Assembly (NCBI GenBank): GCA_034530875.2 | Contig: JAVRCJ020000005.1 | Location: forward strand, 273,903-337,902 | Direction: 5' to 3' | DNA: 64,000 nucleotides | Origin: Nostoc sp. DedSLP01 | GTDB lineage: Bacteria > Cyanobacteriota > Cyanobacteriia > Cyanobacteriales > Nostocaceae | In this document: positions 1 through 9,326 of the stretch, piece by piece | Position numbering within the stretch: the first letter of the stretch is position 1 | Layout of the letters: each line of letters starts with the position of its first letter | The notes under the pieces: model-generated | Databases searched by the model: none | Seen by the model: only the letters and a program-made list of their open reading frames with translations | What the model was told of the DNA's origin: nothing | Made by a program: the position numbers and the translations under genes

Positions 1-579
1 CCCCTCAACGATACAGATCTGGAATTTCTCTTCAATGAACTGTTGCAAGGAGTACATCAAGCACGAGGGGAAGCCTGGGCAAGCAAGTGGTTGCATAATA
101 TCGAACATCGCGTCACAACCGAACGCTGGGTTGAGTGGTTGGGGCGCTTTGGTCAAAAATTGCTAGCATCGCCCACACCTAATAATGAGATGGCTGCGCG
201 ATTGGTGCAACTGGGTGAGTTACGCCTCGGAGAAATTAGTGATGTTGCCTATAGTATCGGAATGCAGCTATTAACACGCAATCAAGGCGAACCAATTTGG
301 GAATATCAAGGGCCGGATGCTGTGAGTACTAGTTTGCCATCTCAACCAGCTGCTGCCCCACCCCAAGAAGTATCTGAAGAAGAAAATCTCCCAGAGGGAG
401 AATATCAAACTGTTACCCTAGAAGAACTGTTTGTCATGTTGCAGCAGGATGGAAACTTACGCCAACAAATTGCCCAGCAGTTGGCTGTTGAGAGTGACGA
501 CCCACAAGTTCTAGTGCAGGAATTAATTAGTCAGCTATATCCAGGCGCTCAATCAAATACAGAGCAAACAGAAAATTAA
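1..579 (+). CDS. Hypothetical protein (5' end outside the window), paralogous to the N-terminal region of the downstream TPR-CHAT protein
   Basis: Frame 1 is open from base 1 (PLNDTDLEFLFNELLQGVHQ...) to TAA at 577-579. It aligns by eye with LPELTDADLERLFIQLLEGVHQ...LLASPTPN...LGELG of the 840..4727 product. Confidence 0.8.
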   Translation, partial: PLNDTDLEFLFNELLQGVHQARGEAWASKWLHNIEHRVTTERWVEWLGRFGQKLLASPTPNNEMAARLVQLGELRLGEISDVAYSIGMQLLTRNQGEPIWEYQGPDAVSTSLPSQPAAAPPQEVSEEENLPEGEYQTVTLEELFVMLQQDGNLRQQIAQQLAVESDDPQVLVQELISQLYPGAQSNTEQTEN

Positions 580-839
580 TTGCTTAGTCAGCACAACCCA
601 TTATATTGACTAAATCCTTGCAGTTGTATTCCTTAAAAAAACTAGCAAGTTAGTATCTAGCTTGGAAAACTCCGGAGTTGAGTTTGAAAATTGTAATGTT
701 GTAATGCTGTAATCTTGTACTTTTATGTATTTTTTGCTAGCCTGCCACAGAAGCACTGTACGGATATAATGGGTTTTTACGTAATTCATGACTTTTTTAA
801 CACAACGATGGCTACAATCTAGAAAAACAAAATCCAAGA

Positions 840-3800
840 GTGTGGCAGATGCTCAGGCGGATATCCCAGTCGCTTAAAAGGTTTTTAAGGCGTCTAATAA
901 AAACTAAGCAGACTCGTTCTCTCAAGGGTAGAAGAGGACACAATTTGGTAGAGGTACTACCAGAACTAACTGATGCGGATCTGGAACGATTGTTTATCCA
1001 ATTGCTGGAAGGCGTGCATCAAAACCGAGGACGCGAGTGGGCATTAAGGCATCTGCAACGAATCGAAAATCGCATTCCGGGCGATCGCTGGCTAGCTTGG
1101 TTGGTGACATTTGGGGAAGGCTTACTAGCTTCACCCACACCGAATCAACAGTTAGCAATACAGATGGTGCAACTCGGAGAACTTGGTATCGGCAGAATTG
1201 GAGATGTTGCCTATGAGATTGGCATACGGTTGATGCAAAACTTACCTACAGAGATACAGACAGAGATATATGAGGACGATGGTGCGGAAAATCTTGTTGA
1301 CTTGACTCCTGGGCAAGAACTAATCCGCGAATTAGGCGAACAGTTATGGGAGTATGATGAGCCTGATGTACCAGAAACTACTCCTGGAGAAGAACTGATT
1401 CGCGATCTAGGCGAACAGTTATGGGAGTACGATGAAACTGATGTCCTAGAAAGTACGTCGAATGAAGAAATCCTACTAACTTCGCCTGAGCAAGAGCTAA
1501 TTGTGGATTTAGGCGAACAGTTATGGGAGTATGATGAGCCTGATACCCAAACAATAACGCCAGCTCCTGAAACTGCCTCTGCTGAAGCAATATCGACCCA
1601 AGAATCAGAGGAATCGATTTTTGAGTCTCGAGAAGAACAAACCCAAAGCACAATACCTGAAAATCTCCCTCTCCCTCCAGCAAAAGATTCAATCACCAAA
1701 TTGACTCAGCTGAGGTGGGACGAAGAAGAAGAAGAAGAAGAAGAAAATACTAAAACTCAAACAGCCGCAAATCTCCTTTCCACTAGGCAAAAGAGTGAAT
1801 TAGCAACAACTGACTCAGAACAAAGCTGGGATAGCGCTTTAGCTAACTTAGAGCCAAATGTAGCTGATACTTTAGATCGACTGTGGGTGAGTTTGGATCA
1901 AAGTAGCAACTTAGTCCAACAACTTGCTTCTAACTTGGCAGTTCAAAGCAGCAATTCTTCAAGTATTATCGAGCGATATGGCGACGATCCTGTTAATCAG
2001 GCTCAAGCTTGGTTTTACCAAGGTCTAAGCCAAGCGAAAACAGGTGATTTGTTGGGCGCGATCGCATCTTACGACCAAGCCATTGAACTGCAACCTGAAT
2101 TTTGGGAATATTGGTTTAATCGCGGCTTGACGCTGTTTCATTTAGAACGTTTTGATGAAGCGATCGCTGCTTACGAAACAGCTATCGAACTCAAACCCGA
2201 CTTCTACAAAGCTTGGTACTACCGCGGTGGCACTTTGGGAGAATTAGGATACTTTGAAGAAGCGATCGCTTCTTTTGATAAAGCGATTGAAATTAAGCCA
2301 GACTACCAAGAAGCTTGGTCTAGCCGCGGTTTAGCGCTGCTGAAGTTAGGCTGGCTGCGGGAAGCAATTTCTAGTTACGACCAAGCCCTTGATTTGCAAC
2401 CACAAGACCCAGAAAATTGGTATCACCGAGGCATTGCACTAGCCGTAGACGAACAATTTCAAGAGGCGATTGTATCTTACGACAAAGCGCTAGAAATTGA
2501 CCCAGATTACCATGAGGTGTGGATTGACCGGGGTGTAGTGTTATTTAATTTAGGACGGTGGTCAGAAGCCATCGATTCTTGGGACAAAGCGCTTTCAGTT
2601 CAAGCCGACTTTTACTTAGCTTGGTACAACCGGGGCGTAGCATTGGATAATTTGGGACGCCGCCAAGAAGCCATCGCTTCCTATCAGCGAGCGATCGCCA
2701 TCAAACCCGACTTCCACTTAGCTTGGTACAATCAGGCAGTAGCATTGTTTTATTTAGAACAGCTTGGCGAAGCGATCGCTTGTTATGACAACGCTTTGCA
2801 AATTAAACAAGATTACTGGGAAGCTTGGATTGGTAGAGGAACAGCCATTGGCAATTTAGCGGATGCTGATATATTGCTGAATTTGACGAGTAGTCTGACA
2901 GCAAACAATCCCGCCTTGCAACAGATAGGCTATGAGGGTAAATTAGCCACCTACGAGGAAGGGCTAAAACATTTGCGTACAGATACCCACCCAGAAGGTT
3001 GGGGTAGATTGCATTTGGCGATGGCTAACACTCACTACGAACAAGGTAGGAAACAGCCTAATCCCCGTGATTATTGGCGTAAAGCTGCATCAGAATACCA
3101 TCAAGCACTCTTAACCCTCACATTAGAATATTTTCCCCTGTTGCATTTAGAAGTTTTGCAATCCCTCAGTAAAGTCCTGATGGGTTTGGGACAAACAACA
3201 CAACTTCCAGAATTACTCCAACGAGGCAGAGATTTATTACAACAATTATTAAGTGAAGAAACTCGTTCTGAAGAAAGCAAAAAACAATTAGCTTTAAAAT
3301 TTATAGGCTTTGAGCAATTAGCAGTTGATTTGGCTGTAGATTCTGGTGATGTGGTAGAAGCCTGGGAAATTGCCGAACAAGGCAAAAATGCTTGTTTAAA
3401 TTGGCAGCTTTTTGGCTGGCATAATAATATTTATTCACCCCCGTATAGCGCAATTCAAGAACTATTTAATCCCACAACAGCAATTATTTACTGGCATATT
3501 AGTCCAGTTGCACTACAAACCTTCATTCTCAAAGACCAAGCACCATCACCGATTCTACTTTTTACACCCATCCAAGATGTCGGAACAATAAGTTTAGCAG
3601 AGGAGACTATCCGTCTCAATGAATTACCCTTACCTGAAGCAGTACGACGCCTAATTGAATTTGAAAATTGGCTAGAAGATTGGCATCAACAATACCAAGA
3701 ATATCGCGCCACAGCCCAAGATAAAGAAAGCAAAAGTCAGCATTCTTGGCGAGTGGATATGGAAGACAAGTTATTACAACTGTATGAAATATTGAATATT

Positions 3801-4727
3801 TCTACAATTGTTCAAGAACTTGAAGGTATCACCCAACTAATTTTAATTCCTCATCGCGATCTATATAGATTGCCTATTCATACGCTTTTCTATCTTTACT
3901 CCCCATCCCAGGAAGATTTACCAAATATTGAGTCAAATTTTATCATTAGTTATTTGCCTAGCGCCCAAATCGGTTTGTCAATAAAAAATCAAGATGTTTT
4001 TCCGTGGCAAAATCAATTATTGCTCAGTGTTGAACATCCTGAAAGTACAGGTTATCCGGGGCTGAAGTTTGCCAAACTAGAATCGGAACTGATCGGCAAG
4101 ATGTTTGATAATATCCAGCGAATTCAGGGAGCGCAAGCTACAAAAGATATTGTAAAAAATGCCTTATTTGATAATTACAATATTTTTCATTTTACCGGTT
4201 ATGTAACTAATTATTTAAACGATCCAAAAAAATCAGAATTGGCATTAGCAGGTGAAGACAAGTTAACTTTAGAAGAAATTTGCCAACAAAGTCTAGCAAA
4301 TTACAACCTTGTGACTCTATCTGCCTGTGAAAATGTTAGTACCAGTACATACATGACTAGCAGCGAATATCTAAGTTTAGTTAATGGTTTGCTGAATCAG
4401 GGCGTTCCTCATGTAGTCAGTACTCTCTGGACTGTAGAATCTTCCGCTAGTGCCTTGGCGATCGTAGAATTTTACCGAAGATTACAGCCCGATAAATCAG
4501 CAGTTACAGCCTTAGCTGAAGCAACGCTATGGCTCAAAGAACTAACTGCCGGAGAACTGACAAAATGGTATGAGGATGTACTCAACAATTTGCATCCTGA
4601 GGAAGTCAGAATTAGAGCTTATTTAGCAACGCAATTATATAGAAATAGCAAAATGAATTCAGATAAAAAGCTTTATAACCATCCCTATTATTGGGCAGCA
4701 TTTACGATTACAGGGAAGTTAAATTAA
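840..4727 (+). CDS. TPR-repeat and CHAT (caspase/HetF-like) domain protein
   Basis: About 8 canonical TPRs (AWYNRG..L..LGR..EAIASYD.A). C-terminal CHAT motifs LILIPH..L..LP, FHFTG, LVTLSAC, VVSTLW.V and HPYYWAAF. Confidence 0.9.
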   Translation: MWQMLRRISQSLKRFLRRLIKTKQTRSLKGRRGHNLVEVLPELTDADLERLFIQLLEGVHQNRGREWALRHLQRIENRIPGDRWLAWLVTFGEGLLASPTPNQQLAIQMVQLGELGIGRIGDVAYEIGIRLMQNLPTEIQTEIYEDDGAENLVDLTPGQELIRELGEQLWEYDEPDVPETTPGEELIRDLGEQLWEYDETDVLESTSNEEILLTSPEQELIVDLGEQLWEYDEPDTQTITPAPETASAEAISTQESEESIFESREEQTQSTIPENLPLPPAKDSITKLTQLRWDEEEEEEEENTKTQTAANLLSTRQKSELATTDSEQSWDSALANLEPNVADTLDRLWVSLDQSSNLVQQLASNLAVQSSNSSSIIERYGDDPVNQAQAWFYQGLSQAKTGDLLGAIASYDQAIELQPEFWEYWFNRGLTLFHLERFDEAIAAYETAIELKPDFYKAWYYRGGTLGELGYFEEAIASFDKAIEIKPDYQEAWSSRGLALLKLGWLREAISSYDQALDLQPQDPENWYHRGIALAVDEQFQEAIVSYDKALEIDPDYHEVWIDRGVVLFNLGRWSEAIDSWDKALSVQADFYLAWYNRGVALDNLGRRQEAIASYQRAIAIKPDFHLAWYNQAVALFYLEQLGEAIACYDNALQIKQDYWEAWIGRGTAIGNLADADILLNLTSSLTANNPALQQIGYEGKLATYEEGLKHLRTDTHPEGWGRLHLAMANTHYEQGRKQPNPRDYWRKAASEYHQALLTLTLEYFPLLHLEVLQSLSKVLMGLGQTTQLPELLQRGRDLLQQLLSEETRSEESKKQLALKFIGFEQLAVDLAVDSGDVVEAWEIAEQGKNACLNWQLFGWHNNIYSPPYSAIQELFNPTTAIIYWHISPVALQTFILKDQAPSPILLFTPIQDVGTISLAEETIRLNELPLPEAVRRLIEFENWLEDWHQQYQEYRATAQDKESKSQHSWRVDMEDKLLQLYEILNISTIVQELEGITQLILIPHRDLYRLPIHTLFYLYSPSQEDLPNIESNFIISYLPSAQIGLSIKNQDVFPWQNQLLLSVEHPESTGYPGLKFAKLESELIGKMFDNIQRIQGAQATKDIVKNALFDNYNIFHFTGYVTNYLNDPKKSELALAGEDKLTLEEICQQSLANYNLVTLSACENVSTSTYMTSSEYLSLVNGLLNQGVPHVVSTLWTVESSASALAIVEFYRRLQPDKSAVTALAEATLWLKELTAGELTKWYEDVLNNLHPEEVRIRAYLATQLYRNSKMNSDKKLYNHPYYWAAFTITGKLN
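1305..1544 (+). repeat. Three in-frame coding repeats (two exact-length 75 bp units plus a third copy) encoding TPGxELIRxLGEQLWEYDE(P/T)D
   Basis: Units at 1305-1379, 1380-1454 and ~1482-1544 share TAGGCGAACAGTTATGGGAGTA. Confidence 0.9.
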
Positions 4728-4732
4728 AAGTG

Positions 4733-4860
4733 ACTGGGGATTAGGGAGATGGGGAAGTGTGGGTAAATGAGGAGATGGGGAAGTGTGGGGAGTGTGGGGG
4801 GAGAGGGGGGAAAGATTTCTTCCCCATCTTCCCACACCTCCCACACCTCCTACACCTCCT
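4733..4860. repeat. Inverted arrays of G-rich/C-rich short tandem repeats (STRR-type) between convergent genes
   Basis: GGGGAAGTGT/GGGAGAT units followed by CCCACACCT units. Confidence 0.75.
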
Positions 4861-4866
4861 AATACC

Positions 4867-5015
4867 CTGACTTTTCACGTTATGTGGACTCATGAGCGAG
4901 GGTGTGGGGTGTGGGGTTGCAGGTTCGTAAGACTTTCCTCTTTTCCCTACACCCTACACCCTACCCCCTACCCCCTGTCTTGACAAAGGTTTTAGGACTT
5001 GCCGTGAAAAGTCAG
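4867..5015. mobile_element. 149 bp MITE with 13 bp terminal inverted repeats and a 9 bp target-site duplication
   Basis: TIRs CTGACTTTTCACG (4867-4879) and CGTGAAAAGTCAG (5003-5015). Direct repeat CCTAATACC at 4858-4866 and 5016-5024. Confidence 0.9.
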
Positions 5016-5030
5016 CCTAATACCCAGTCC

Positions 5031-6602
5031 CTAAATTGAATGCGCTCCTGGCTGTCCGTTTTCGACCACAAAGGAAGCTAGGGTTTTTACGGTGGCCTTT
5101 AAATCAACGATGCTGGAGACAACCCGGTAGTCACTTTGCCAACGGTGTGGAGTAAGTTTGCAGCGGACGTATCCTCGGAAAGCACCATCAAAGAACTTAG
5201 TGTGGGGATTATTACTGAGTGCGGCTTGCACTGGAGCGATAAATGCGGCGGGAAAGTCAGAAGTAATGGAGGTTCCGACAAACTCAGTGCCTACCGTTGG
5301 TGATTTTGGGTTATTAAAATCCAGCTTCAGGTCGTGTACCCAACTAGAATGGATGTCTCCGCTAATTACTACTGGATTGGAGGGTCGGCGCTGGTTAAGA
5401 AAATTCAAAAGACGATCGCGTGCAGCTACGTAGCCATCCCACTGATCGACATTGAACACACCGACACCGGGATTACTATTAAAATTGTACTGGGCTAGCA
5501 TGGTCTGTTGAGCGATCGCATTCCAACGCGATCGCGATCGGTCTAACCCTTTTAGTAGCCACTTCTCTTGTTGCGATCCCGTCATCGTCGCATTGGTATC
5601 AAAAGCTTCAGGACAACGAGGCTTGAGTCCATCGTTGCAAGGTTGGTCGGTGCGGTATTGCCTGGTATCTAGTACATTAAACTCGACTAAATTACCAAAA
5701 GCGAACCGCCGATAAAGTAGTAAATTTGCGTCATTAGGCAGAGAAGACTTACGTAAGGGCATGTGTTCGTAGTAAGCCTGGTAAGCATTGGCTCGTCTTT
5801 TCTTAAAAGCTTCTTGGGTTTGGGCGTCTTCAGGAATTAAATTCGCGTAGTTGTTATCAACTTCATGGTCGTCCCAAGTGACAACCCAAGGAAAAGCAGC
5901 ATGAGCAGCTTGGAGATTCTGGTCGGTTTTGTACAAAGCGTGGCGATTGCGATAGTCAGCAAGAGTGATGATTTCCGGACTATTATGCTGGCGTGGCCCT
6001 CCAAGTTGCGGCCCGTATTCGTAGATATAGTCACCGAGATGAATCACCAGGTCGAGGTTTTCCTCAGCCAAATGCCGATAAGCCGTATAGTAGCCATTTT
6101 GCCAGTCTTGGCAAGAAGCAAAAGCAAAGTTTAGCTGTGAGATATAGCCATAAAAAGCTGGTGCCGTGCGAGTCCGCCCAATGGGACTAACTTCTCTACC
6201 CACTTGAAATTGATACCAGTACCAACGGTCAGGGTCTAGTCCACGCACATCAACATGGACTGAGTGTGCTAACTCTGGTGTAGCTAGTACCGTTCCTCGG
6301 CACACCACCTTTCTCATGTTTTCATCAAGGGCGACTTGCCACCGCACTGGAACATTTACAAAAGGCATTCCACCTCCGTTAAGAGGATTGGGAGCCAGCC
6401 TTGTCCAGATAACAACCCCATCCGGTAAAGGATCGCCAGAAGCCACACCAAGACTAAACGGATACCCAGAAAACCTGGGATTAGCGAATACTGGATGCCA
6501 TTGACTAGCTACTGTTAACCCCGTTAAGAATCCTGCACCCAGCAAGAAATTTCGCCGTCCGCATCGATTTGCTAACAGGCGGTTGCAATCCATAAGTTCC
6601 AT
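5031..6602 (-). CDS. phoD: Alkaline phosphatase D (Tat-exported)
   Basis: RRNFL twin-arginine signal, GVASGDP, HLGDYIYE, TWDDHEVDNN, LDTRQYR, DQWDGY, SGDIH. Confidence 0.95.
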   Translation of the reverse strand: MELMDCNRLLANRCGRRNFLLGAGFLTGLTVASQWHPVFANPRFSGYPFSLGVASGDPLPDGVVIWTRLAPNPLNGGGMPFVNVPVRWQVALDENMRKVVCRGTVLATPELAHSVHVDVRGLDPDRWYWYQFQVGREVSPIGRTRTAPAFYGYISQLNFAFASCQDWQNGYYTAYRHLAEENLDLVIHLGDYIYEYGPQLGGPRQHNSPEIITLADYRNRHALYKTDQNLQAAHAAFPWVVTWDDHEVDNNYANLIPEDAQTQEAFKKRRANAYQAYYEHMPLRKSSLPNDANLLLYRRFAFGNLVEFNVLDTRQYRTDQPCNDGLKPRCPEAFDTNATMTGSQQEKWLLKGLDRSRSRWNAIAQQTMLAQYNFNSNPGVGVFNVDQWDGYVAARDRLLNFLNQRRPSNPVVISGDIHSSWVHDLKLDFNNPKSPTVGTEFVGTSITSDFPAAFIAPVQAALSNNPHTKFFDGAFRGYVRCKLTPHRWQSDYRVVSSIVDLKATVKTLASFVVENGQPGAHSI

Positions 6603-6733
6603 ATTCACCTTGACCCAGATCTAGAAACAGTTGGCAAACTTGGGGAGTTCAGCTGCTAAAAGTTCAAACAATAACTTGATTAAACTTCTCTCCCGCTTGC
6701 TGCTTAACCAAACACAAGAAAGGTATCAACTCA

Positions 6734-6763
6734 GGATCAAGTAGAAATTAAGATTGGTTTAAA
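6734..6763 (-). promoter_or_regulatory. Pho box (SphR/PhoB) upstream of phoD
   Basis: Minus strand TTTAAACC-aat-CTTAATTT-cta-CTTGATCC: three PyTTAAPyPy-like units at 11 bp period, followed by an extended -10-like TGaTACCTT. Confidence 0.75.
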
Positions 6764-6785
6764 ATTTTATTGGACATTCCCCAGT

Positions 6786-8051
6786 TCAAAACCTGCCATT
6801 CCCCTGAACGATGTGCTTAACGGTAGTCAAGGTTTCCAGGCTGATAAATCCCCGGCGATGGCCTTTTTGGTTGGACATGCCGAGAAATACTGAATCTCCC
6901 CGTGAGGGGTTGCGGGAAAAACGCGGGGAACTGTTGATGTAGGTGGAGGCGCTATTAACTCCTAAAGCAAACTGCCGACTTTCTTGGTAGGATTCAGTAA
7001 CGATACAGTCGGCATGACCGCTGCTGTATTGATTAATCCAGGCGATCGCCACTTCTAAGCTATCTACGAGTTTAAAAGCTACTGTCCTGGTTAAATAAGG
7101 GTTTGCCCATTCACTATCTTTCACCAATTGCAGCTGAGGAAAGGCTTCTACTAGTTCTGCATCGCCTTTAATTTCAAAGCCTTTTTCGATTAAGCTGTTC
7201 CACAAAACTGCTAAAGATGATGGCAAAGCTTGGCGATGAATTAGCACTTTTTCAATGGCATTTACCGGATCTGGTTCGCTTTGATGGCTATCAAGAATCA
7301 TCCAGCGCACCATTTCTAAGCTGGCATTGAGCGACCAGTAGAGGTAACAATTACCCATTGCTGACTTCAAAACCGGGCAAGTTGACTGTCTTACTACTTG
7401 CTGTATCAAGCTAGAACGCCCGTAGGGAATCACTAAATTCACGTACTCATCTTGGGTGACTAAATCGCGAATTGAAGCTCCGTGTTCGGCTGCGATTAGT
7501 TCTAGGCAGCCAAGCGGTAACCCAACTTCTGCCAGTGCAGTTTGGAGTACTGAAGCAATGGCGGCGTTAGAATGACTCGTTTCGGTACTGCCTTTGAGAA
7601 TTATACTATTGCCAGTTTTGATACAAAAACCCGCTGCGATCGCCCCTAAATCGGGAAATGCTTCATAAATAAATCCAATCGTTCCTAAAGGCATTAACTG
7701 GGAGTAACTCTGGGAATCTTCCAATTGGTAATCAGCATTCCTGACGCGCCGCAGCGGATCTGATAATTCCCCCAACCTTTGTAAAATGTCTACAGTGGTC
7801 TCTAGCCTTCTGGGAGTCAGCTTCAGCCAGTCTAAGATCAATTCTGAAACTGCCATTTCCCGACTAGCTTCTAAATCCAAAGTGTTGGCTTCGAGAATGT
7901 CGTCAAATGAGCGCTCAAGCGCCTTTGCCATCGCCAATACCGCGCGACTCCGGTCTGCTCCCTTTGTGATCCCCAATTTTAGGGAGGCTTGATGCGCTCG
8001 TTTGGCAATAGTAATCGGTTCGGGGCGTTCGTCCAAAACTTCAACAGTCAT
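6786..8051 (-). CDS. proA2: Gamma-glutamyl phosphate reductase (ProA) paralogue, atypical active site
   Basis: ILEANTLDL, PLGTIGFIYEA, KTGNSIILKG, GNCYLY, INQYSSGH, GMSNQK. The catalytic xCNAxE motif reads PVNAIE. Confidence 0.8.
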   Translation of the reverse strand: MTVEVLDERPEPITIAKRAHQASLKLGITKGADRSRAVLAMAKALERSFDDILEANTLDLEASREMAVSELILDWLKLTPRRLETTVDILQRLGELSDPLRRVRNADYQLEDSQSYSQLMPLGTIGFIYEAFPDLGAIAAGFCIKTGNSIILKGSTETSHSNAAIASVLQTALAEVGLPLGCLELIAAEHGASIRDLVTQDEYVNLVIPYGRSSLIQQVVRQSTCPVLKSAMGNCYLYWSLNASLEMVRWMILDSHQSEPDPVNAIEKVLIHRQALPSSLAVLWNSLIEKGFEIKGDAELVEAFPQLQLVKDSEWANPYLTRTVAFKLVDSLEVAIAWINQYSSGHADCIVTESYQESRQFALGVNSASTYINSSPRFSRNPSRGDSVFLGMSNQKGHRRGFISLETLTTVKHIVQGNGRF

Positions 8052-8055
8052 TGAG

Positions 8056-8463
8056 TTAACGTCTGTAGGTAAGCCAAACCATTAGTGCCGGCAGAATAGC
8101 TAACAGCACCGCCACCATTGCCCAAGCAATAATGCTGGAACCGTTTGCCAATCGCAGTGCTAATGGCAGCCATATAATCACTAGCACGAAAATAATGCCA
8201 AGTGCTATGGGCAGATAGCTTTCTCCCAAACGGGGATGGACAACATGCCAACTATTTCCCATCCAACGCCAAGCTCGCTTGTAAGGATAGGTGGTAGAAA
8301 GCTGTTCTAGGACATGACCATTATCTTCTACGACAAAGATTTGCTGACAGCGATCGCAACCAAATGCTTCTGTCAACGTAATCGGAATTAACTGACCCCG
8401 GCGACGACAGGGACAGGGGTATTCGGTATTTAAGTCTATTTTTTCGGGTTTTTGAGATTGCAC
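8056..8463 (-). CDS. Small membrane protein with an N-terminal Zn-binding motif
   Basis: CPC and CDRC motifs, then two hydrophobic segments. Ends 4 bp before the proA paralogue. Confidence 0.75.
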   Translation of the reverse strand: MQSQKPEKIDLNTEYPCPCRRRGQLIPITLTEAFGCDRCQQIFVVEDNGHVLEQLSTTYPYKRAWRWMGNSWHVVHPRLGESYLPIALGIIFVLVIIWLPLALRLANGSSIIAWAMVAVLLAILPALMVWLTYRR

Positions 8464-9084
8464 AAGCGTTCTAAAAACTTGAGCGTGTTTTTCTATAAAC
8501 GGCAGGAATACGATCCTTGGTAAATGCCTTGGGGCTTCTCTCTTTATACTTTATATAAGTTGGCAGATGAAGCAAACATTGCCACAATTGCAAACAGGAG
8601 ATGCAGCTAGCTCTAAATAGCGTAATTGCCCTATAAATGGAGGATTATCTGTTTGCAGTCTTTCCCCATAGTTGGCAATCTTGTTTAAAAATTTTCTTCT
8701 CTCCATCTATCGCTTTAAAGGTAATGTGGTTGCTTTTGTGGCCATTCTATTGTGCTGATACACTTGGTACAATTTTAAGCCTACGTAGCGACCGCTCCTA
8801 ACATAGATCCTTCGGAATGTCTGCCAACTAGCAGTTTGTACTACTACTACAGTACCACGGAGATAGGTAAAAACTCAACTGCCGTCAGTTCATCATCAAC
8901 CGTAGTCCAAGTATTACTCAACAGAGGTTTCGTTTTTGTCTAGGCAGAGCACAACAGCAACCAGGCTATGTCTCACACTAGCATTAACGAAGGCAGGAGG
9001 CAGGAGGCCGTTTTTGTAACGAGGATTTATACCCCGTGACAAAAACTTTGGACGAAGTACGGTTTTAGACCCTATTATTTCGAT

Positions 9085-9121
9085 AAAAAAAGTCTTAGAG
9101 CAAAAACTCTAAGACTTTTTT
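9085..9121 (-). terminator. Intrinsic terminator directly after tRNA-Gly
   Basis: AAAAAAAGTCTTAGAG-caaaaa-CTCTAAGACTTTTTT perfect hairpin with flanking A/T tracts. Confidence 0.8.
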
Positions 9122-9125
9122 CGGA

Positions 9126-9197
9126 AGCGGGTAACGCGATTCGAACGCGCGACATTCACCTTGGCAAGGTGACGCTCTACCACTGAGCTATACCCGC
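9126..9197 (-). tRNA. trnG: tRNA-Gly(GCC), CCA not encoded
   Basis: Reverse complement GCGGGTATAGCTCAGTGGTAGAGCGTCACCTTGCCAAGGTGAATGTCGCGCGTTCGAATCGCGTTACCCGCT folds into a cloverleaf with a GCC anticodon. Confidence 0.97.
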
Positions 9198-9326
9198 ATT
9201 TGTTAACCGAATATTAATGTCTCATATTTGTTTTTAATTGTCAACCCCTAAATTTTTTTAATTTTGGGTATGGGACATTGGGCATTGGTTTTCACTCGTG
9301 ACCAATGACCAATGATTAATGACGTA

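Noticed and set aside
671..723. TCCGGA (DIF1-like heterocyst motif) and four TGTAAT-type 8-mers upstream of the TPR-CHAT gene; TCCGGA also at 14081
   Set aside because: A 6 bp motif is expected by chance, and there are no TSS data to place it at -35.
1305..1544. Regularly spaced DNA repeats resembling a CRISPR array
   Set aside because: The repeats are in frame, vary at synonymous positions and lack unique spacers. No cas genes are present.
4783..4983. Short ORFs made of repeats (also 32418..32693, 34803..35048, 52374..52595)
   Set aside because: These are translations of STRR/MITE DNA (WG- and PTP-rich). 34803..35048 is also antisense to petM.
9126..9197. tRNA-Gly as an integration site for an island
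   Set aside because: No duplicated tRNA 3' end and no integrase seen. The terminator follows directly.
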